64,000 nt of DNA from Candidatus Latescibacterota bacterium (lineage in GTDB: Bacteria; Latescibacterota; UBA2968; GCA-2709665). A model generated the notes under the pieces. The model ran no database searches and had not been told where the DNA came from. It was given only the letters and a program-made list of their open reading frames with translations. Of the stretch, positions 8,042 through 16,844 are shown in pieces (the stretch's first letter is position 1; the number at the start of each line of letters is the position of its first letter). The stretch spans positions 4,896,001 to 4,960,000 of the forward strand of contig CBDCOX010000002.1 in assembly GCA_965219995.1 (NCBI GenBank). Direction: 5' to 3'. Position numbers and translations under genes: made by a program.

Positions 8042-9334
8042 ATGCGCGTTGCTTACATAGCCGCGGGCGCCGCGGGGATGGTTTGCGGGAGTTGCATCAA
8101 CGACAATACGCTGGCACTGGCGCTCAGGCTCAGAGGAGTGGACCTGACGCTGATTCCAACGTACACGCCGTTAAGGACCGATGGGCCCGACGCGAGTATC
8201 GACCGGGTGTTCTACGGCGGAATCAACGTCTATCTGCAGCAGAAGATGGCTTTTTTTCGCCGCACCCCGGAATTCGTGGACCGGCTGATGAACGGGCGAC
8301 CGCTGCTGAAATCGCTTTCATGGTTCAGCGGATCGACCCGTGCCGGCGAGCTGGGCGCGCTCACGGTCTCGATGCTGAAAGGGGAGCTGGGTTCACAGAG
8401 GAAGGAACTGAAAAAGCTGGTTCGATGGCTGAAGGACGACCTTCGTCCGGACCTCGTGCACCTGACGAATTCCATGTTTCTGGGCGTGGCGCGTGAGATG
8501 AAGCGGGAAATGGGCGTTCCCGTTCTGTGTTCCGTACAGGGAGAGGACGTCTTCCTCGAAAGTTTGATCGAACCCTATCGAAACGAGGCGATAGACCTGA
8601 TTCAGGACCGGGCGCGCGACGTCGACGCGTTTGTGGCCACGTGCGACTGGTACGCGGATGCCATGGCAAGGTATCTGAATGCGCCCCGGGAACGCTTCCG
8701 CGTGGTCCGTCTTGGGATCGGTCTGGAAGGCCACGGCCCCGGCGACCGGGCGCTGCCTGAGACCCCGTTTACCGTCGGATATATGGCCCGCATCGCGCCC
8801 GAGAAAGGACTGCATCTTCTGGCCGACGCCGTGGGGCGTCTGGCGGAACAGGTTGGATCGGAGAATATCAGGCTGCTGGCGGCGGGTTATCTGGGCGGAC
8901 GCGAAAAGTCCTATTACCGGGAGGTCGTCTCGCTGATAGAGTCCCGCGGGCTTACCGATGCCTTCGAGTACCTGGGCGAGGTGGACCGGCGGCGGAAGAT
9001 CGAATTCCTGAACAGCGTCCACGTCCTGTCCGTGCCCACGCCGTACCGGGAGCCGAAAGGATTGTTCGTGCTGGAGGCGCTGGCCAACGGCACGCCCGTG
9101 GTCCAGCCGCGCCACGGCGCGTTTCCGGAGCTTGTCGAGTCTACCGGAGGAGGGATCCTTGTCGATCCCGGCTCGCCGGCGGCGCTCGCGGAAGGCCTGT
9201 CTCGCATGATGAAGGACGGGGAGGCCCGGGAAGCCATGGGCAGAAAGGGCCGTGCGGTCGTCCGCCGGACGTACACCGACGAGTGCATGGCCGGCGCCAT
9301 GCAGGACGTCTATCGACAATTCGTCGCGGGTTGA
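8042..9334 (+). CDS. Glycosyltransferase family 4 (GT-B) with N-terminal CGSC motif
   Basis: VGYMARIAPEKGL and YREPKGLFVLEALANGTPVVQPRHGAFPE GT4 motifs; ATG at 8042. Confidence 0.88.
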   Translation: MRVAYIAAGAAGMVCGSCINDNTLALALRLRGVDLTLIPTYTPLRTDGPDASIDRVFYGGINVYLQQKMAFFRRTPEFVDRLMNGRPLLKSLSWFSGSTRAGELGALTVSMLKGELGSQRKELKKLVRWLKDDLRPDLVHLTNSMFLGVAREMKREMGVPVLCSVQGEDVFLESLIEPYRNEAIDLIQDRARDVDAFVATCDWYADAMARYLNAPRERFRVVRLGIGLEGHGPGDRALPETPFTVGYMARIAPEKGLHLLADAVGRLAEQVGSENIRLLAAGYLGGREKSYYREVVSLIESRGLTDAFEYLGEVDRRRKIEFLNSVHVLSVPTPYREPKGLFVLEALANGTPVVQPRHGAFPELVESTGGGILVDPGSPAALAEGLSRMMKDGEAREAMGRKGRAVVRRTYTDECMAGAMQDVYRQFVAG

Positions 9335-9406
9335 TCCGGCCGGGACCGGCGAACCCGCCGACGATTCACCACCGCAGTTCCAACGGGCTGCAAAGGGAGA
9401 GACGCT

Positions 9407-9907
9407 ATGCCGGCCGAACAGGCAACGACGTCGGGATTCACGTGGTTGATTTTCGCGGCCATGACCGTGGGGTCGTGGGGATTGTACGGGATTTTTCTGC
9501 ATACCGGGCAGGTCGCGATGGCCGATCCCGTGAACGGACGCTACAAGGCGTTCCTCCTGGTGGGCGTGGCCTATCTGTTGACCGCCGTCATCGGATCGAT
9601 GGTCGTTCTCTGGGTGAACGGCGCGGACTGGTCGTTCCCCGCGCGCGGATTCACATGGTCTCTGCTCGCCGGCACCGTGGGTGCGATCGGTGCGTTCGGC
9701 GTCCTTCTCGCGTTTGGCGCGAGGGGCACCCCTGCCGTGGTGATGTCGATCGTATTCGCCGGCGCTCCCGTCGTAAACGCGGTGGTGTCGATGGCCATGC
9801 ACCCGCCCGCCGGCGGTTGGGGCGGGCTGAGCTGGCAGTTTGTGCTGGGCGTCGTGCTGGCGGCGCTGGGCGGGTGCATGGTGACACTCTACAAGCCTGC
9901 GTCGTAA
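9407..9907 (+). CDS. Small 5-TM membrane protein (EamA/DMT-like)
   Basis: Five hydrophobic helices, WGxYG motif; GGGAG RBS. Confidence 0.7.
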   Translation: MPAEQATTSGFTWLIFAAMTVGSWGLYGIFLHTGQVAMADPVNGRYKAFLLVGVAYLLTAVIGSMVVLWVNGADWSFPARGFTWSLLAGTVGAIGAFGVLLAFGARGTPAVVMSIVFAGAPVVNAVVSMAMHPPAGGWGGLSWQFVLGVVLAALGGCMVTLYKPAS

Positions 9908-9918
9908 AGCTGCAGAGA

Positions 9919-9951
9919 CAGCTATCAGCGGTCAGCTCTCAGCCGTCAGCC
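9919..9951 (+). repeat. Heptamer tandem repeat (CAGCNNT) x4-5, solo arm
   Basis: cagctat cagcggt cagctct cagccgt cagcc. Confidence 0.8.
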
Positions 9952-10014
9952 AGAAGCGGTTTCTGTTAAGGATAGGCGTCGGGAATTACCGATATCTCCA
10001 CAAGAGGAAGGCCT

Positions 10015-10452
10015 GTGCCAAGCGAATTCCGCACCACGCGACGCGTCGAGTTTTCGGATACGGACATGGCCGGGATCGTGCACTTTTCCCGGTTTTTCGT
10101 TTTCATGGAGGCGGCCGAACACGCGTTCCTGCGTTCGCTCGGCACCAGCGTTCATACCCGATGGGAAGGGCGCAGGGTCGGGTGGCCCCGGGTTGGCGCG
10201 TCTTGCGACTATCTGGAACCGGCGCGGTTCGAAGACGTGCTGGACGTCCATATGAAGGTCGTCAGAAAGGGGACGAGCTCGCTGACGTTTGGGTTCGAGT
10301 TCCGCCGCGGCGACCGCCCGATCGCGCGGGGCCGGTTGAGTACGGTGTTCTGTGAATGCGCGCCGGGGCAGCCGTTCCGGGCCATTCCCATCCCGGGCGC
10401 CATCGCGGAACGGATCCAGGAAGCAGAGGACAAGGATGACGCTGCGGGCTGA
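10015..10452 (+). CDS. Hot-dog acyl-CoA thioesterase (4HBT/YbgC family)
   Basis: RVEFSDTDMAGIVHFSRFFVFMEAAE motif and CDYLEPARFED. Confidence 0.9.
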   Translation: MPSEFRTTRRVEFSDTDMAGIVHFSRFFVFMEAAEHAFLRSLGTSVHTRWEGRRVGWPRVGASCDYLEPARFEDVLDVHMKVVRKGTSSLTFGFEFRRGDRPIARGRLSTVFCECAPGQPFRAIPIPGAIAERIQEAEDKDDAAG

Positions 10453-11095
10453 GCGGGTATCGAAACAGTACGGCGACGTGTCCGTTCTGCGGGAGGTTTC
10501 GTTCGAGACGGGACGCGGGCAGTCCGTGGCGGTCGTCGGGCCGTCGGGATCGGGAAAGAGTACGCTCCTGCACGTACTGGGCACCCTGGACAGACCGTCG
10601 TCGGGCCGCGTGGAGATCGACGGCCGGGACCCCTACGCCCTTTCCGACAAGGAGCTGGCGCGCTTTCGGAATCGCGGGATCGGATTCGTGTTCCAGGACC
10701 ACCATCTGCTGCCGCAGTATTCGGTACTGGAGAACGTCCTGATTCCCACGCTGGCATCCGGAGACGCCGGATCCGGCGCCGGGGACCGGGCCCGGGACCT
10801 GATCGAACGCGTCGGGCTCGCGCATCGGGCCGACCACCGCCCGGCCGCTCTGTCCGGGGGCGAACGCCAACGGGCGGCCGTGGCTCGAGCGCTGGTCAAC
10901 AGGCCGGCGCTCCTCCTGTGCGATGAGCCGACGGGCAGCCTGGACCGGGCGCGTGCCGACGAGATTGGAGACCTGATTTTTGACCTGCACGCCCGGGAGG
11001 ACACGATCCTGATCGGGGTCACGCACAGCCCGGAAATGGCCGCACGGTTCGAACGCACCCTTGAGCTGCGGGAGGGGACTTGCGTCGAAGCCTGA
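10436..11095 (+). CDS. ABC transporter ATP-binding protein (LolD/MacB-like)
   Basis: GPSGSGKST Walker A, IGFVFQDHHLL, LSGGERQR, LLLCDEPTGSLD. Confidence 0.93.
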   Translation: MTLRAERVSKQYGDVSVLREVSFETGRGQSVAVVGPSGSGKSTLLHVLGTLDRPSSGRVEIDGRDPYALSDKELARFRNRGIGFVFQDHHLLPQYSVLENVLIPTLASGDAGSGAGDRARDLIERVGLAHRADHRPAALSGGERQRAAVARALVNRPALLLCDEPTGSLDRARADEIGDLIFDLHAREDTILIGVTHSPEMAARFERTLELREGTCVEA

Positions 11096-14000
11096 CCTTC
11101 TTCTGGCGAATTCATCTTTCCGTGCTGATGGGCGTGGCCGTGGCCACCGCCGTGCTCACCGGGGCCCTGCTGGTGGGCGACTCGGTACGCGACAGCCTGA
11201 GAGACCTGACCCTCGACCGCCTGGGAGCTATCGGCCACGCCCTCGTTTCGGATCGCTTCTTTCGCACGGACCTCGCGCGGGACATCGAGGCGGAGAGCGA
11301 CGGATTGACCGTTGTGCCGGCGGTGACGCTCAGCGGATCGGCGGTGCACGCCGGCGCGGGGACCCGCGCCTCCCGCGTCGCCATTCTGGGTGTGGATTCC
11401 CGGTTCGGCGGCCTGTTCGATGTTTACGCACCCGACCTCGTCCGCCGCGGGGCCGCGACGCCGTTTGTCGCCAACGAGTCTCTGCGGAGCGAACTGAACG
11501 CCGGGGTGGGCGACGCGGTCCTGCTTTCGTTCGAATTGCCGGGGGACGTCCACCGGGAGTCTTTGTTCGGACGGGACGGGATCTCGGAGTCGATACAGAC
11601 CGTACGCGTCAGACTCGCGGGTGTCGTGCCCGACCGGGGAATCGGTCGATTCGGTTTGCGCCCGCGCCAGCGGACGCCGCTCAATGCGTTCGTGTCCCTG
11701 CCCCTGTTGCAGGAAGCGCTAGGACTGCCGGGCCGGGTGAATATGCTCCTGGTTTCGCGGGATACGCGGGCCGCCGGCGATCCGGCGCCCGCGCTCGCCC
11801 GCGCCGCAACGCTGGATGATCTCGGGCTTTCGATGCGGGTGAATGCCGATTATCTCGCGGTTGAAAGCACGGGGTTTCTCCTGAAGTCCCACGTGGCGAA
11901 CCCGATACTTGAACTCGCGGATGAACTGGGGATGCCGCGAATGGCGATCCTCACGTACCTGGCCAAAACGATCCGGGTCGGGGATCGCGTACTGCCCTAT
12001 TCGACGGTTGCCGCGATGGACGTGGGGAGCGTCGGCAAGCTGCGACTGGCAGACGGGCGCCCCGCGCCGGTCCCCGGCGATGGGGAAGTGCTGCTGAATG
12101 CCTGGGCGGCGCAGGACCTTCGCGCCGGGACCGGCGACACCGTCGAGCTGGCTTTTTTCGAAGCCGGACCGAAGGCGGCGCTGAACGCGCGGCACGTCAC
12201 GTTACGCCTGGCGGGTGTCGTCGCCATGGAAGGGTTGGGCGCCGATTCCCTGTTGACGCCGGCATTGCCGGGTCTCCACGACGCGGAAGACATGCACGCC
12301 TGGGACCCGCCCTTCCCGGTGGACCTGACGCGCATACGGCCCGTGGACGAAGCCTATTGGGACGCCTACCGCGCCGCGCCCAAAGCCATCGTGTCGTACG
12401 CCACGGGACAACGTCTCTGGCGAAGCCGATTCGGAAGCCTGACGTCCGTCAGGATGGGTCCCGCGCCCGGATTGGACGTCGCCCAATCCGCCGAGCGGTT
12501 ACGGTCCGGACTCCGGGAGGCGCTCCCGCCCGAATCCGCCGGCATGGTCTTTCAGCCGGTGAGAAAACAGGGTCTGGCGGCTTCGTCGGGGTCCACGGAC
12601 TTCGGCGGGCTGTTCGCCGGATTCAGTCTGTTCCTGATTGTCTCGGCGGCGCTGCTCGTGGGTCTCCTCTTCCGGCTTGGCGTGGAGCAGCGCGCCGATG
12701 AGGTGGGCGTGCTGATGGCGTCGGGTTTTACCGCGGGCGCGATCAGACGCCGGTTCATGGGCGAGGCGGTCTGGCTGACCGGGTTGGGGGGACTTCTCGG
12801 ACTCGCGGGAGGACTGGCGTACGGATGGGTCATGATCGCGGGTCTGCGCACCTGGTGGGCTCCGGCCGTCGGGACCGGTGAACTCGCGCTGCACGTGCAC
12901 GGGACCAGTCTGGCGGCCGGGTACCTGATTTCACAGGTTGTGGTTCTGTTCACGATTCTGACGACGGTCCGGCGATTGGGCGGTATGCCCGTTCGGGCCC
13001 TGCTTTCCGGTGCCGTTCACCACGCGGCCGCCGGCAGCGGGCGCCGTTTGAAGGTGGTTGCGATCGCGAGCCTGGGACTGGCCTCGGCCTGCCTTGCCGG
13101 TGTGCCGCGAGCGGGGCGCGAAGCCGCGATCGCGCTGTTTTTCGGATGCGGGACATTTCTTCTGATTTCGGGCCTGTGCGCGCTCGCCGTCTGGTTTCAG
13201 CGCGGTCGGCGCAACCTGGTGACTGGAATCTGGAGGATGGGTGTGCGGAACAGCGCGCGAAATCCGGGCCGGAGTCTGCTGTGCGCATCGCTGATCGCCT
13301 GCGCGTGCTTCGTGGTTGTGGCGGTTGGCGCCCATCGCCGCATCGATGCCGGCCGCGATGCGTTGAACAGCCGGACGTCGGGCGGGGGTGGATTTCAGCT
13401 CATCGCGGAAACGGATGCGCCGCTCTACCACGATCCCGGTTCGGCGGACGGGCGCTTCGAGCTGGGGTTTTCCGCGGAGGATGCCCGGATTCTGGACGGG
13501 GCGCAAATCATGCCGTTTCGCGTGTTGCCGGGTGAAGACGTGAGTTGTCTGAATCTCTACAGACCGCGTCATCCCCGGGTTCTGGGCGCCCCCGAAACGT
13601 TGATTCGACGGGGCGGCTTCGCGTTCGATCGGTTGCTGTACGAAACCGGGGCGCCCTGGACGTTGTTGACGCGGCGTGAGGAGCCCGGTGTGATTCCCGC
13701 ATTCGGCGACGCGAACTCGGTAACCTGGATTCTCCACAAGAAGCTGGGCGACGAAATTCCGATACAGACGGAAGCGGGCGAGACCGTCAGGCTGCGACTT
13801 GTGGGACTGCTGAAGCACAGTATCTTCCAGAGTGAACTGCTGGTATCGGAGGAGAATTTCACCGCGCATTTCCCCGATCGGGGCGGCTACGGCTACTTTC
13901 TCGTGCAGACCGACCGGCCCGGTGAAACGGGCGTCCTCCTGGAGCGGCGGTTGCAGGACGCAGGTCTCGATGCGACGCCGACGACGGCCAGGCTCGCGCA

Positions 14001-14397
14001 TTTCCGGACCGTGGAGAATACGTACCTTTCGACGTTTCAGACGCTTGGCGGGCTGGGGGTGCTCCTTGGGACGATCGGACTGGGGATCGTGATGGTGCGC
14101 AACGTCATCGAACGGCGTACCGAGCTGGCGGCGCTGCGGGCGCTGGGGTTTCGCCGGGCGCTGTTGAGCGGACTCCTGTGCGTGGAGAACGGATTCCTGA
14201 TGGCGACGGGCATGGCAATCGGCGTTGCGGCGGCGATCGTGACAACCGTGCCCCATGCCTCCGGCGGGCTGCCGTGGGCGTCGTTACTGGCCACGCTGTG
14301 CCTAATCTTTGGCGCGGGCCTGGCTGCCGGTACCGCGGGGGTTCTCGTTGCGCTGAGGACGCCGCTGTTGCCGGCGTTGAAACGCGAAGGCGCCTGA
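11080..14397 (+). CDS. Large FtsX/MacB-family ABC permease
   Basis: Two FtsX-like TM modules (GVEQRADEVGVLMASGF; ERRTELAALRALGF) with large periplasmic domains; TTG start overlapping the ATPase gene. Confidence 0.88.
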   Translation: MRRSLTFFWRIHLSVLMGVAVATAVLTGALLVGDSVRDSLRDLTLDRLGAIGHALVSDRFFRTDLARDIEAESDGLTVVPAVTLSGSAVHAGAGTRASRVAILGVDSRFGGLFDVYAPDLVRRGAATPFVANESLRSELNAGVGDAVLLSFELPGDVHRESLFGRDGISESIQTVRVRLAGVVPDRGIGRFGLRPRQRTPLNAFVSLPLLQEALGLPGRVNMLLVSRDTRAAGDPAPALARAATLDDLGLSMRVNADYLAVESTGFLLKSHVANPILELADELGMPRMAILTYLAKTIRVGDRVLPYSTVAAMDVGSVGKLRLADGRPAPVPGDGEVLLNAWAAQDLRAGTGDTVELAFFEAGPKAALNARHVTLRLAGVVAMEGLGADSLLTPALPGLHDAEDMHAWDPPFPVDLTRIRPVDEAYWDAYRAAPKAIVSYATGQRLWRSRFGSLTSVRMGPAPGLDVAQSAERLRSGLREALPPESAGMVFQPVRKQGLAASSGSTDFGGLFAGFSLFLIVSAALLVGLLFRLGVEQRADEVGVLMASGFTAGAIRRRFMGEAVWLTGLGGLLGLAGGLAYGWVMIAGLRTWWAPAVGTGELALHVHGTSLAAGYLISQVVVLFTILTTVRRLGGMPVRALLSGAVHHAAAGSGRRLKVVAIASLGLASACLAGVPRAGREAAIALFFGCGTFLLISGLCALAVWFQRGRRNLVTGIWRMGVRNSARNPGRSLLCASLIACACFVVVAVGAHRRIDAGRDALNSRTSGGGGFQLIAETDAPLYHDPGSADGRFELGFSAEDARILDGAQIMPFRVLPGEDVSCLNLYRPRHPRVLGAPETLIRRGGFAFDRLLYETGAPWTLLTRREEPGVIPAFGDANSVTWILHKKLGDEIPIQTEAGETVRLRLVGLLKHSIFQSELLVSEENFTAHFPDRGGYGYFLVQTDRPGETGVLLERRLQDAGLDATPTTARLAHFRTVENTYLSTFQTLGGLGVLLGTIGLGIVMVRNVIERRTELAALRALGFRRALLSGLLCVENGFLMATGMAIGVAAAIVTTVPHASGGLPWASLLATLCLIFGAGLAAGTAGVLVALRTPLLPALKREGA

Positions 14398-14505
14398 GGG
14401 CCTGGCAGCCAAAATAGGAGTTCAATTTCGGAGTCGCAGAGCGTATCTTCAGTTGAAGGCGCGAAGTCGGCCTTCTCCGGCCCTATGTCGTGAAAGGAGC
14501 GCGAT

Positions 14506-15804
14506 ATGAATCGGATGACGCTGGCCTTGACGGTTTTCTGTATACTGGTCGCAACCGGACCGGCTGCGTCGGACTGGCCGCATTGGCGCGGCCCGAACCG
14601 CAACGGGCTCGTGGACGGGGCGAATCCTCCCGTTGAGTGGAGCGAAGGGAAGAATATCAGATGGAAAGCGCCCATTCCCGGCATGGGCCACGCAACGCCG
14701 GTCGTCTGGGGCGAGCGGATTTTCGTGCAGACAGCCGTCATGACCGACAAGGTAGTGGAGAACACCGGAGGGGGAAGGCGCCAACCCCCGCCCAATCTGT
14801 ATCAATACAGGGTCCTGGCCCTGAATCGTCAGACCGGAGAAATAGTCTGGGAGAAGACGGTCAAGGAAGCCCGGCCGCACGAGGGAATGCACCGGACCGC
14901 GTCGTTCGCGTCACCATCGGGCATTACGGACGGTGAACATCTCTATGCGTATTTCGGGTCGCAAGGGCTCTATTGCCTCGATATGGACGGCAATCTGAAG
15001 TGGGAGAAGGACCTGGGCAAATACTGGAGCAGGGCCGCTTTCGGCGAGGGGGCTTCGCCGATGATCCACGGCAGCACCCTGGTGATCAACTGGGACCACG
15101 AAGGGGACTCCTTCATTGTCGCGCTGGACAAGGCGTCGGGCAGGGAGCTCTGGCGCAAGGCGCGGGATGAGGTGACGTCCTGGTCCACGCCCCTTCCTGT
15201 CGAGCACGGCGGCCGGACCCAGGTGATCGTCAGCGCGTCGCGCCGCACCCGTAGCTACGACCTGAAGACCGGGGCGTTGATCTGGGAATGCGGTGGATTG
15301 GGGACGAACGTGATTCCGACGCCGCTGTACGAAAACGGGGTGGTGTACGTGGCCAGCGGCCACAGGGACCCCGCCATGCAGGCAATTGATCTGGCCGGGG
15401 CGAAGGGCGACGTCTCGGGTTCGGACTCGGTGTTATGGTCGATCGCCCGGAACACACCCTATGTGTCGTCACCCCTGCTCTACGGCGGCCGGCTGTTTCT
15501 CATGAAGGGCAGGGGAGCGATCCTGTCCTGCTATGACGCCGGCACCGGGAAGCCCGTTTTCGGGCCCGAACGCATTGACGGGATGGGCTTCGTCTACGCG
15601 TCGCTGGTCGGCGCGGGCGGCCGCGTGTACATTTCCGACCTCGAGGGTACCACGCTCGTTGTCGGGAACGGCCCTGAATTCGAGGTTCTGGCGAAGAACA
15701 CCCTGGACGAAGGGAGCGGGGCGTCGCCGGTGGTTGTGGGAGACGACCTCTATCTGCGGGGGCGCAGTCACCTCTATTGTATTGCGGAAGACAAGCGGAA
15801 CTGA
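14506..15804 (+). CDS. Secreted PQQ-binding-like beta-propeller protein
   Basis: Signal peptide, DWPHWRGPNRNG, repeated TGExxW blades, ASPVVVGDDLYLRG terminus; AAGGAG RBS. Confidence 0.85.
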   Translation: MNRMTLALTVFCILVATGPAASDWPHWRGPNRNGLVDGANPPVEWSEGKNIRWKAPIPGMGHATPVVWGERIFVQTAVMTDKVVENTGGGRRQPPPNLYQYRVLALNRQTGEIVWEKTVKEARPHEGMHRTASFASPSGITDGEHLYAYFGSQGLYCLDMDGNLKWEKDLGKYWSRAAFGEGASPMIHGSTLVINWDHEGDSFIVALDKASGRELWRKARDEVTSWSTPLPVEHGGRTQVIVSASRRTRSYDLKTGALIWECGGLGTNVIPTPLYENGVVYVASGHRDPAMQAIDLAGAKGDVSGSDSVLWSIARNTPYVSSPLLYGGRLFLMKGRGAILSCYDAGTGKPVFGPERIDGMGFVYASLVGAGGRVYISDLEGTTLVVGNGPEFEVLAKNTLDEGSGASPVVVGDDLYLRGRSHLYCIAEDKRN

Positions 15805-15844
15805 TCGATCGGAGACACGGAACCGAATGGAGAGAGGAGTCTCG

Positions 15845-16843
15845 ATGGACCGGTTTGAGGGCACGACACGCGTGGTCGGCGCAGCGATCGTAATCCTCCT
15901 GGTTGCGTTCGGATGCGAGGCGCCGGACAGCGGGCGGGAAACGACCGAGCCCCAGCGCCGCTTCCTGAGCATCGGCACGGCTCCGCCCGGGGGCGCGTTC
16001 TTTGTGGTCGGCGGCGCGATCGCGCAGGTCGTGGACGACCGCGCCGGCGACCTGTCGTGGGACGTATCCGCGGAGGCGACCAAGGGGACGCAGGAGAACA
16101 TCCGCCGGCTCGTGCGCGGGGAGCTGGATTTCGCGCTGGCCAATGCCGCGATATCGTACTTTGCGGTGCGGGGCGAGGGCGCCTGGGGCGAAAAGCAGGC
16201 CATCAACGCCGTGATGACGCTGGCCCCGAATATCGCCCTCTTCGTGGCGCCGGAAGGCACGGGAATCCGCGCCATCGGCGATCTCAGGGGCAAGCGGGTC
16301 GTCGTTGGTCCCGCGGGCGCCGGGTTCGAGTATTTCCTCGCGCCGATCCTCGAGGCTCACGGCGTCACCTACGAGGACTTCAGCCCGCTGCACAATACGC
16401 AGGCCGGCGCCGTGGACATGCTTGCGGACGGGTCCGCCGCCGCGGCCTTTCTGGGCGGCGCCGTGCCGACGGCGTCCATCACCCAGGCGAGCGCTTCACA
16501 GGACATCCGCTTCATCCCCTTTGGCGTCACCGAAAAAGAACGTCTGTTCCGGGACTATCCGTTCTTCAATGCGGCGAGTATTCCCGCAGATACCTATCGC
16601 GGCCAGGCAGAGCCCTTCGACGGCATGAACGTGGGTTCGATGCACCTGGTGACGCCTGCCGCCCTGGACGAGGAGACGGTCTACCGGTTTACCAGGATCC
16701 TCTACGAGAACCGCGCGGACGTGGTAAAGAAACACCCCGCGGGCAGAGCCATCCAGCCAAAGAACGTGATCCGGGATACCGGTACTCCCTTCCATCCCGG
16801 GGCGATCCGGTATTACAGGGAAATCGGAATCTGGCCCAACTGA
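15845..16843 (+). CDS. TAXI-family TRAP transporter solute-binding lipoprotein
   Basis: Lipobox VAFGC, IGTAPPGGAFF, ATKGTQEN, PFHPGAIRYYRE; GAGGAG RBS before 15845. Confidence 0.9.
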   Translation: MDRFEGTTRVVGAAIVILLVAFGCEAPDSGRETTEPQRRFLSIGTAPPGGAFFVVGGAIAQVVDDRAGDLSWDVSAEATKGTQENIRRLVRGELDFALANAAISYFAVRGEGAWGEKQAINAVMTLAPNIALFVAPEGTGIRAIGDLRGKRVVVGPAGAGFEYFLAPILEAHGVTYEDFSPLHNTQAGAVDMLADGSAAAAFLGGAVPTASITQASASQDIRFIPFGVTEKERLFRDYPFFNAASIPADTYRGQAEPFDGMNVGSMHLVTPAALDEETVYRFTRILYENRADVVKKHPAGRAIQPKNVIRDTGTPFHPGAIRYYREIGIWPN

Positions 16844-16844
16844 C

